64,000 nucleotides of DNA, taken from NCBI GenBank assembly GCA_053919585.1, contig CM132787.1, one strand, 5' to 3'. The notes beneath the pieces were generated by a model. That model ran no database searches and was not told where the DNA came from. It saw only the letters and a list, made by a program, of their open reading frames with translations. Each line of letters starts with the position of its first letter. The stretch's first letter is position 1. A program made the translations under genes and the position numbers. This document shows, one piece after another, positions 54,366 to 64,000 of the stretch. The stretch comes from Euprymna scolopes (Eukaryota).

Positions 54366-54372
<7 letters not shown>
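54048..54372. mobile_element. Fold-back element: ~68-bp inverted arms containing HHRs, with an internal tRNA-like promoter
   Basis: 54048-54116 is the reverse complement of 54307-~54372; minus-strand A box TGGTCCAGTGG and B-box-like TTCGAATC at 54122-54188. Confidence 0.85.
54307..54347 (+). ncRNA. Canonical minimal type I hammerhead ribozyme
   Basis: CCACT-CTGATGA-GTCG(TAGA)CGAC-GAA-AC(ACGT)GT-C/AGTGG: all core bases present, three perfect stems, GUC cleavage after 54342. Confidence 0.9.
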
Positions 54373-54430
<58 letters not shown>

Positions 54431-54599
54431 CGTGTGTGTGTGTGCGTGTACTTCATTTCATTTTTATATTTTTATTTTCTATCCATTATACACTGTTTTT
54501 AAACACGTCTGTCACAAAATCTATTTCTATCCCCCTCTCCCTCACTCTTTATATGTTGTTCTATCTGTATTTTCTTTCCATTATTTATTCAAGTTTTTT

Positions 54600-54900
54600 A
54601 TTAAGTTCTTTTGTATCTCTCCTCAAGTTCTTCGTCTCGAGAATGTCGAGCTTGTCCTTGATCGATATGTCCAGTGGTGGTCATTTTTAGAAGCGGCAAC
54701 CAGATCTGTCTGCGATGAGGGCCGGGCAGGCATTGGCGGAGGCGGAGGCGAAGGGCAAAGGGTCATGTGAAAGCGAACTTACTCAAGATGAGGACCTCAT
54801 TTTAGAACGGACACAGAAGTTAGTGCGATGCTTATCAGAGAGCACTGAGAGGCAGGGTCACCGAAACACACCAGCAGGCTAATCTACGCATTGGCGTATC
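54600..54900. promoter_or_regulatory. GC-rich unique island, candidate promoter or exon
   Basis: Minus strand: TCAGT at 54848-54844 and GTAAGT donor at 54782. Plus strand: TTTTTAG acceptor-like site followed by 63 open codons; AGGGCA-AA-GGGTCA direct-repeat motif. Confidence 0.3.
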
Positions 54901-55171
54901 AGTGTGTGTGTATAGATATGTCTTCCTGTATGGCGGTTTGAACGACAAACACGTACAAGTACACCTCGATTGCGAGGTTTCATATTAAAATTGTTGATAA
55001 TTGCTCACGTTAGCAAGAACACAATTTAACAAACTGCACATCACATACACAAGCGCATACACACACACACGCATATGATTACTTCATTTAATCACATAAA
55101 TAAATATACGAAAATATCATTTATGCGTAAATTTTTCAGTATTTAATGCGCAATAGATAGGTAGAGCTAGG

Positions 55172-55309
55172 TAGTAAGTTATGAAAACATATATGGCAAT
55201 TAAGCTACACAGAATATCCCGCGTTTCATTCTCGTGAGAATTTGTCAGACCAGAGAATGAAACGCGAAATATTCTGTGTAGCTTAATTGCCATATATGTC
55301 TTCATAACT

Positions 55310-55314
<5 letters not shown>
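55172..55314. repeat. 62-bp-arm palindrome with a decayed HHR at its centre
   Basis: Arms 55172-55233 and 55253-55314; minus strand CTGACAA-ATTCTC(AC)GAGAAT-GAAACGCG; related copy at 37871-38022. Confidence 0.75.
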
Positions 55315-55352
<38 letters not shown>

Positions 55353-55440
55353 CAAAGAGTAAATCTTTAACAAAGCCAAACTTATCTTATAAGAACAGCT
55401 CAACACTATTAAGAGGATCAAACAATAATTTATACATAAC

Positions 55441-55516
<76 letters not shown>

Positions 55517-55573
55517 CATCAGAACAAACAGGAAAACCAAAGGGGGGAATTATATAAAAAACCCATGTAGGCC

Positions 55574-55610
55574 ATTGCATTTCGAAGCTAAATACTTCTC
55601 ATCAGAAGAG
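55574..55610 (-). ncRNA. HHR-like motif (core and stem II intact, cleavage site decayed)
   Basis: CTGATGA-GAAG(TATTTAG)CTTC-GAAA. Confidence 0.5.
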
Positions 55611-56127
55611 GAGAACGGATAGAAGCATACAAAATGCAAATATAGATAAAAACTTGTTTAATGATATTTAGGAATGAAATTAAAATGAAAGAATATGATA
55701 ATATGATAAATATGAATTAAAAGTAGGTACAGCATATAAGGGTAAATTGGACTACATTATCACAACGTATTCACGTAAATACTTGAAAAATAGGCACCTG
55801 GGGTGTAACATAGCTGTGATGGGACAGAAGTCGGAGCTTAACTGATAATGCGGCACCTATTAGATTTTAGACTCTTTATTGCATCCTGTTTAAGAGTAAG
55901 AGACTATTGGTGGTTGCAAAGAATTATGCTACGAAGTGTGTTTTGTTGTTAAAACTGTAGTTTTCTAATCTGTCTTTTACTTTTTGCAGCGTGACTTAAT
56001 CCTGTTCCATAATATTAAGAAATTTTGATATATTTTTTTGTTTTTCGGTGACGTTAGGCCTTGGACAAAAATTGTCCATTTGAACAGATCACTTAATAAT
56101 TCCGTTATTTAAATGCCCCACCCTGTG

Positions 56128-57035
56128 CATTAACCATACCATGCGTTAACCATACCACACGTTAACCATACCATACGTTAACCATGCAATACGTTAATCA
56201 TACCATGCGTTAACCATACCATACGTTAACCATACCATGCGTTAACCATACTATGCGTTGACCATACCATACGTTAACCATACCATGCGTTAACCATACA
56301 ATACGTTAACCATACCATGCATTAACCATACCATACGTTAACCATACCATGCGTAAACCATATCATACGTTAACCATACCATGCGTTAACCATACCATGC
56401 GTTAAATATACCATACAATAACCATACCATGTCTAAACCATACCATGCGTTAACCATACCATGCGTCAACCATACCATGTCTTAACCATACCATACGTTA
56501 ACCATATCATGCGTTAACCATACCATGCGTTAACCATACCATGCGTTAACCATACCATACGTTAACCATACTATGCGTTAACCATACCATGCGTTAACCA
56601 TACCATGCGTTAAATATACTATACAATAACCATACCATTTCTTAACCATACCATTTCTTAACCATACCATTTCTTAACCATACCATGTCTTAACCATGCC
56701 ATGCGTTAACCATACCATGCATCAACCATACCATGCATCAACCATACCATGCGTCAACCATACCATGCGTTAACCATACCATGCATCAACCATACCATGC
56801 GTTAACCATACCATACGTTAACCATACCATGCGTCAACCATACCATGCGTCAACCATACCATGCGTTAACCATACCATGCGTCAACCATATCATGCATCA
56901 ACCATACCATGTGTTAACCATACCATACGTTAACCATACCATGCGTTAACCGTACCATCGTTAACCATACCATGCGTTAACCATACCATACGTTAACCAT
57001 ACCATGCGTTAACCATACCATGCGTTAACCATACA
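56128..57035. repeat. 16-bp satellite (GTTAACCATACCATGC), ~56 copies
   Basis: Read directly; gives 16-aa periodicity in ORF 56733. Confidence 0.95.
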
Positions 57036-57389
57036 TACGTGACAAAATTTTTGATAAAATTTAATTTTTTCAAAATAGCATGTTCCCAGGTTTCTGAAAG
57101 AATTACATTTGCGGTTTTAGTATTTTCTTCTGTTGTCAACTTTTGTAACAATACCGTGACTTTTTTTTTTATCGTTAAACTATTATTCACGTCTTTCGTA
57201 AGTATTGCATTAAAAAAAAAAAAGCTGGAAACATTGAACCAATATCCGGGTCATAATTGAATTTCAAGAGTGAATTGAAAATACCTTCGCCGAAAGATCT
57301 TCGAACGTAATGATTTTGTGTTCCATGTTGTCTTCCAAAGGACATTTAATTTCTCTTGCCTTTGTTTAAATAACTTTCTAAACATCTCT

Positions 57390-58445
57390 ATTTGTTTGTG
57401 ATGTTTTGTGGTTCCAAATGTTATGCTGTTTTGTTGTTTTAATTGTTATTTTGTTGTTGGCGTTATTTTATTGTTCCAATTAGTGTTGTAGGTGTTGTTT
57501 TGTTGTTCTAATTATTGTTTTCAGTGTTGTTTGGTTGTGTCAATTGTTGTTGTTTTGTTTCAATTATTGTTGGTGTTATTTTGTTGTTGTTATTTTTATT
57601 GTTGATGTTGTTTTGTTGTTCTAATTATTGTTGTTAGTGTTGTTTTGTTGTAATTATTGTTTTAGTATTTGTTTTTTTAGTTGTAATTGTTGTTATTGGT
57701 TTTTTGTTGTTATTGTTGTTGTCAGTGTTATGTTGTGGTTCTAATTGCAATTGTTTCTGCCGTTCTAATTGTGCATTCTTCTTGTTCTCATTGTTGTTGT
57801 TAGTGTTGTTTTGTTGCTTAAATTGTTGTTTGTGGCGTTGCTATTGTTGTTCAAATTGTGTTTAATGTTGTTGTTTTGTTGTTCTAATTTTAATTGTTCC
57901 TGCTGTTCTAATTTGTTGTTGTTCCCATTGTTGCTATTGGTGGTGTTTTTGTTCTTCTATTTGTTGTTTATGGTGTTATTTTTTGTTTAAATTGTTATTG
58001 GTAGCGTTGATTTTGTTGTTCCAATTGTGTTGATTGTTGTTTTGTTGTTCGAATTTATGTTGTTTCTGCTGTCCAAGTGTTTGTTAATGCATTTTTGTTG
58101 TTCACGTTGTTGTTGCTGTTTTTTTTTTGATCCCCAACTGTTGTTGCTGGTGTTGATTTGTTGTTCAAATTGTGTTTTGTGGTGTTGTTTTGTTATTCAA
58201 ATTGTTGTTGGTAGTGTTGTTTTCGTTGTTCCAATTGTTATTGATTGTGTTGTTTTGTTGTTGTAATTGTTGTTGGTGGTGGTATTTTGTTCTTCCAATT
58301 GTTCATGGTGTGTGTTGTTTTTGTTGCTTTAATTGTTAATGTTTGTGTTTGTTGTTGTTGTAATTGTTCTGGTTCGTGTTGTTTTGTTCCAATTGTTGTT
58401 GTTGGTGATATTTTGTTGTTCTAATTGTAATTTTTCGTGTTGTTT
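57390..58445. repeat. TTG-rich degenerate low-complexity array
   Basis: Recurring TTGTTGTTC(C/T)AATTGTTG units. Confidence 0.85.
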
Positions 58446-58711
58446 CAAATAAATAAAAACTTTAAAGATATTTTTGCAAATTATATGTAAAAAATATGCG
58501 ATATAAAAGGAGTATTTATTTACTTTCTTCCTAGGAAGCTACATACAAAGTTATCTATTACCCATCTGATAGTCAGGAACTCGAACCTTGGATTAATCAC
58601 TAAGGAGGCTGTCCTATCAGCAGGTACGAAGTACTAGGGCTGCTATATATTTATCATGGACTACAAAATAATTATTTCTTCATTTCTTTCCCACTCTTAT
58701 TTACTTATATA

Positions 58712-58749
<38 letters not shown>

Positions 58750-58763
<14 letters not shown>

Positions 58764-59208
58764 TGAAAGTGTCTGTTTGTCTCTGTGTGTGTCTGTGTGC
58801 ATATATTTCCCTACGCAATAACTCTCTCAATTTTAAGTCTACAGACTCCAAATTTGATATACAGAGTACTGAGATTTGGGAAAATCGATGTGATTGGTTT
58901 TCAGTCAGAAATTTGGCGATTAAGGGGTCAAAGTTCAACGATTTAACCTTTGATAAATCTACCAAACTCCTTCGACAATTTTGGGTCTAAACACTTGAAA
59001 TTTTAGATATTGGTTCCTTGGACATGGATCTAACTTAATAACTTGATTTAAGCCTAAAACAATAAATGTTAAGAGGTCATAATAGGGGTCAAAGTTAAAA
59101 AAATGTTAAGAGGTCATAATAGGGGTCAAAGTTAAAAAAATTGACCACTTTTTTTTTTTGCTCAACATACATCTCTAAATACCCGGGCAACGCCGGGAAC
59201 CCATGCTA

Positions 59209-59209
<1 letters not shown>
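58750..59209 (+). mobile_element. Non-autonomous Helitron
   Basis: ATATAAAAGTGAAAGTGTCTG start; CCCGGGCAACGCCGGG hairpin then CTAG|T; embedded in (TA)n. Confidence 0.8.
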
Positions 59210-59277
<68 letters not shown>

Positions 59278-59292
59278 GTTCCATACATATTT

Positions 59293-59593
59293 TCTATGAA
59301 AATGAGAATGTATGTGCGTGCAACCTATGTAACGGGTATTCAGACATGAAGAAAACTTTGTAATTGGTTTTCTTCCGAAATAAAGGCCTACTAAAGGGTG
59401 AAAATGGGAAAATTGGTACTTGGGGGTCATCGGATTTTTATCCGTTTATCAACTGTTTCACGACTACGCATGCGCAAGATTACTACGTAATTTCACTACT
59501 ATATAAAAACCCCTATGTCCGAGAGTCAACTAATTATATATACAAATGTAACTGGTTAATCCAGCATCCGGACAAACTGGGTTCATCAGCTAG
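59293..59593 (+). mobile_element. Non-autonomous Helitron (second family; inverted sister at ~61300-61581)
   Basis: 5' TC, 3' hairpin plus CTAG; shared GACTACGCATGCGC. Confidence 0.7.
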
Positions 59594-60164
59594 TACACTT
59601 TAATGACGGCTTCACAAGGAACGAATATTGTTGTTCAAAATGTTAGATTTCATTTGTAACACTTTGCTTACAATTGTTTCGGAACAATGTTGGCATACAT
59701 ATATATAATGATTCATTAATTATAAATAATACCAACTAAACAGCTCCATTTCACATAAATAAATTTTTTCTAAGTAACAAAAACCTACGAACAAGTTACT
59801 CTTGATTAACAGGGCGGTATTCATTTTCCAACAACATGTTATGTGTCAAGCATACATTATCGAAATATCATGAAATTTAGATCAGCCGATAACGAATAAG
59901 GTTAAAGAGTTACATGTTTTGGTTTCGATTCAAGCTTATGGCAAGCAAGTCATTTTTTTTTTTTTTTTACTTTTGAAATTATTACTGATATTGGGTACAA
60001 CATAATAATCAGTAGAACATTACCTCTTTAATAATAAATACGAACTCTGCATTAATTGAAATATCAGATTAAAGCTTATTTTACGACCAGACCACGTCGG
60101 GCGGACACTACTATATATTAGGTACAATATAATAATTAATAATTAATAAAAATTGCTCCTATAA

Positions 60165-60744
60165 TCTATATTTATAAAAGCGAACATGTATGTATGTATG
60201 TATGTATGTATGTATGTGTGTTTGTGTGTCTGCTAAAACCTTTCGACACGGGTCACGGATTTTCGCCAGATCGGTATTATTTTAAAACTCGATCCTTCGC
60301 CCGACAAATATTGAAAAATTGGCCCAAAATCCTAAAATGATCAGTTTTCTACAGGTGGGGTGGGGGTGTGAGCAAAAACCGTCCTCTCATGACGATGTCG
60401 CTTCTACGCATGCGTCATACGACGTCGTAACCTGATTTAGTTTAAAGATTAAAAAAACTGACCTAATTTCATCGACGTCGTCTTAGGTCAGTTGGTTAGA
60501 GCGCAGGGGCATTATCTAAAGGTTTTGGGTTCGAATCGTGCTGTGAGATGTCATTTTTTAAAATTTAATATTGAAGCAGGGTTATTTAAGCCATTTTTTC
60601 ACGTGTTTTTCAGATTTTTTAATGCTCGTTTTTTCTGTTTTTTTTTTTACTTCGCTTATTCTTAGGTTTTCATTAACACCCCTACCCCCGCCCGACCACA
60701 CACACCCCAAAACACCCGGGCAACGACGGGTACCCCTCGCTCAG
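60165..60744 (+). mobile_element. Non-autonomous Helitron with an internal tRNA-like sequence (60480-60549)
   Basis: TCTATATTTATAAAAG plus (TATG)n start; ACCCGGGCAACGACGGGT hairpin; A box TAGGTCAGTTGG, B box GGTTCGAATC. Confidence 0.75.
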
Positions 60745-60999
60745 ATTTTTAAATGAAGTTTTAACATTCGTTTTTTTTCCATCACATTCGCGTTTTCTTT
60801 TTTTTTTTTGTTTTTGTTTTTCCGATTTTTATTCTTATTTATTATAAACAGAAATACCGTAGGTATTAAACGTAACGTTGAATTCCTTAGAAAAAATTAA
60901 GTTAAAAACAAAAACAAAAACAAAAAGAAACTGAAGCTTGTGTATTAAAGTAAAGTAGAACCCCGGGATGCGGTGGTCCTAGGATACGTTTTTTTTCAG

Positions 61000-61041
61000 G
61001 TTACAATGTGGAAGACTATGTTTTTCCAGACCTTGGTTACG
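61000..61041 (+). CDS. Candidate 42-nt symmetric exon (xYNVEDYVFPDLGYx)
   Basis: TTTTTTTTCAG| acceptor, G|GTATTT donor, length divisible by 3, open in phase 1. Confidence 0.35.
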
Positions 61042-61756
61042 GTATTTTCCCCACCTTACGGTGTTATTTATAATGTTATTTGATTATATACATGAGTATT
61101 ATATACTGCACTGTATTTTATCACTAATTTTTAATGTTGTATCTCAGGATTCTACTGTCTTATGTTTTTTTTTCTAAACAGTTCACAATTTGTAAGAAAG
61201 AAAGGAAATACTTGAGCTGAGATCGAAACCACAATCTAAAGACAGTGAGTCAAGTACAATAATCATTACAACAGCTTGACATGACTTTTAAAAAAGATTT
61301 TCAAACCAACTCATACTTTACATAAGATAGCTGTCATATTTCACGACCGCGCATGCGTAGTCGTGAAATAGTTGAAAACAGATAAATATCCGGTGGCCTC
61401 TCACGAACCAATTTTTCTATTTTGATCTCTTAACAAACCTTTATTCCGGCTGAAAACGATTAAAATTTTCTCCACATATCTGTATACTCTATCTGTCAAA
61501 TTTCAAGTCTATAGATGAAACATTCATTGAGTATATAAATCTGGGTGTCCTCACACAGACACACATTCTCACTTTTATAGATATACTAGCTGGACGCCCG
61601 GCGTTGCCCAGTCGTACAATATAATTAAACATGATACATTAACTCATGCAAATTTCGTATGTATTATTATAGAAGCAATCCTCTATTGATTATTATGTAT
61701 TACGAGGAATAATCTGGAAGGTGGACTAATTCGCAAAATGTTTTTAGAAAATAAAA

Positions 61757-62080
61757 TTTTTTAGTTGTTGTTTTACGACGTTTCAACCAATTATTCCTTT
61801 GGCCTTCGGCAGGTGATAACCGCGACAGGAACTCCGGATCTCCAAAATGCATCCACAGCAATTGCTGCCTTCTGTAGTCATTGTCGTCTCACCATGTCTT
61901 TTGACCAAGTAAGCCTCTGGCCGGCTTTGGGTAGGATTGAAACCGCGGCGGTGAGACGACAACAACAATAATTGCTGTGGATGCAGTTAGGAGATTCGGA
62001 GTTCCTATTCCGTCGCGGTTACCATCTGACGAAAGCCAGAGGAATAGTTGGCCGAAACGCCGTGAAACAACAGCTAAAAA
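61757..62080. mobile_element. ~320-bp fold-back element with HHR motifs in both arms
   Basis: Right arm CTGACGAA-AGCCA...TGGCC-GAAAC-GCC-GTGA (62026-62065); left arm inverted at 61773-61816; inner inverted repeat TTGTCGTCTCACC/GGTGAGACGACAA. Confidence 0.8.
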
Positions 62081-63659
62081 GATGAGAATAAATAAATTAA
62101 TAAATAATACTCATCTCAATAATGAATTCCAATTAAAATAAATAATTAAAAAATAATGTCGTTCATTAAATTCATCTGTGTTTGTTTACAGTACCACGTT
62201 AGATAATATTTGGGCTTGACGATGAATGCCCTGGAAAAGTCACTTCTGATTAATTAAACACACATAAACACACAAACACAGAGGCAAACACAAACACACA
62301 CGCAAACACACACACANNNNNNNNNNNNNNNNNNNNNNNNNNNNNNNNNNNNNNNNNNNNNNNNNNNNNNNNNNNNNNNNNNNNNNNNNNNNNNNNNNNN
62401 NNNNNNNNNNNNNNNNNNNNNNNNNNNNNNNNNNNNNNNNNNNNNNNNNNNNNNNNNNNNNNNNNNNNNNNNNNNNNNNNNNNNNNNNNNNNNNNNNNNN
62501 NNNNNNNNNNNNNNNNNNNNNNNNNNNNNNNNNNNNNNNNNNNNNNNNNNNNNNNNNNNNNNNNNNNNNNNNNNNNNNNNNNNNNNNNNNNNNNNNNNNN
62601 NNNNNNNNNNNNNNNNNNNNNNNNNNNNNNNNNNNNNNNNNNNNNNNNNNNNNNNNNNNNNNNNNCACACATGCAAACACAAACACACACACAAACACAA
62701 ACACAAACACACACATAAACACACAAACACACAGGCAAACACAAACACACACGCAAACACAAACACAAACACACACAAACACAAAATGACTTTTATATAA
62801 TAGTAGAGATAAAGATAAGCTGAACAAACGCTATCGAGCAGTGTGGTAACTTGTTACTGGTTTAAGACGAGGTAACAAACAAAGCGAAAAAATAAAAATA
62901 AAACGGATAAATCGCAGTGTGGTCTGGCACAGACCTGTTAGTCCCTTGACTTTTATCGCTTACTCAAATATAGTTTGTAATAGTGATTAATTTCTGGGTC
63001 AATAATTATACTGATAACCAACGATAATCACGTGAAGAATGTCGTTTTGATAAGGCGCATTCGAAGTTATGACGGTTTAGTGGCCATCAGGTTATTCACC
63101 GAAAACGCCCTAGTGACAGATTGATTTATAAAAAAAGAAGCAGAAGATTATGATGATGATGATGAAGAAAAAGAGGGGAGGAAGAAAACATGATGATGAA
63201 GAAAAAGAAGACGAATATAAAGAAGATAAAGAAAACGAAAAAGAGGAAGAGAGAAGATGATAATGAAGGAGATGATGAAGATTAAAAAGAAGAAAAGGAG
63301 GAAAAGTAAAATGATGAAGATAAAGAAGGAAAAACGAAAACAAAGACGAAAAAATAAGGAAAAGAAAAAAGAAGAAATTTCATCAATAAAATAAAAAAAA
63401 TATTACGTTATTTAAAAAAAGAAACATTAGCTGAAGTTAATTTTATCCTTAATATAAAGAAGCTTAAAAAGTAGACGGATGTGACGTCATAGCACTAGAT
63501 TCTACGTCACACTATCAGAATCGAAACAGATGTTGATTAACTAAAGCTGAAACCGTTATGAAGTGGATTTCTTCAAGTTGGTATTTACAACAACAAAAGT
63601 AGTGGATATAACTAACAATCGCTTGTAAATGACTAAAAAATAATCTAAATATATATAAA

Positions 63660-64000
63660 AAAATTGCTTACGTTCACACTTAAGAAGATATATCACCCCT
63701 TGGACGTAAGGGGTTACTATTTGGAACCATGCCTAGGAAAGATTAACAAGATGTTGGTTTACATTACATTTAAACTTCTGCTGCATATCAGTACAGTCAG
63801 GGAAGGAGGTAGCAGGTAGCAGAAAGGAAATTCCAAAGTCTAGCTGTTCTAAGGAAGAAGCTATTAGAGTAGAAAGCTTTCTGGCATTTCTTCAACAGTG
63901 AAGGGGTGTGATTTTGCTGCTAAGCGGGTTTGTCAGGGATATGTTGAGAGGGCACAACCGGAATGAATTTATTAGAGCACATTCTATTAAAATACAGGAA
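63660..64000 (-). mobile_element. CR1/Zenon LINE 3' end
   Basis: Reverse complement gives CQKAFYSNSFFLRTARL and the same 3' UTR variant as 45000-45125. Confidence 0.85.

Noticed and set aside
56128-57035. CRISPR-like or coding repeat array
   Set aside because: Contiguous 16-bp units with no unique spacers, in eukaryotic context; the same applies to the 37-bp and 25-bp arrays.
57769-58266. Hydrophobic 'membrane protein' ORFs
   Set aside because: Products of TTG low-complexity sequence.
60480-60549. Functional tRNA gene
   Set aside because: A and B boxes are present but the acceptor and T stems do not pair well and it lies inside a Helitron; other tRNA-like heads (3.5, 4.5 and 54.1 kb) are likewise repeat-derived.
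61009-61030. miR-7-like sequence (TGGAAGACTA)
   Set aside because: Only the first 10 nt match, and there is no convincing pre-miRNA hairpin.
62240-62827. ORFs of 174-195 aa
   Set aside because: CA-rich microsatellite plus an N gap.
63498-63535. Half-HHR (GATTCT..AGAATC-GAAAC-AGAT-GTT)
   Set aside because: No CTGANGA core in either this copy or the 45.3 kb copy.

Overview
AT-rich, repeat-saturated animal DNA with several N-gaps. The mariner, Dong and microsatellite repertoire looks cephalopod-like, but the sequence alone cannot prove this. No complete host gene is recognisable; there are only three low-confidence candidate exon or promoter islands (46.0, 54.7 and 61.0 kb). Most of the window is transposon debris: about 12 CR1/Zenon-type LINE copies (one young, with a 749-aa uninterrupted RT ORF), R4/Dong LINE relics next to (TAA)n, mariner, Tc1, maT-like and hATm DNA transposons, Gypsy and Copia fragments, non-autonomous Helitrons, tRNA-derived SINEs, Penelope-like element (PLE) relics and satellites. 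The strongest signal outside the ORF track is a cluster of about 13 hammerhead-ribozyme (HHR) motifs from several unrelated families. One is fully canonical (54307-54347) and one near-canonical (53624-53672). Several form the inverted termini of short (about 140-420 bp) fold-back elements, and two of these enclose a tRNA-like Pol III promoter. This suggests a class of non-autonomous, ribozyme-bounded palindromic retroelements. Element boundaries are approximate unless exact motifs are quoted.
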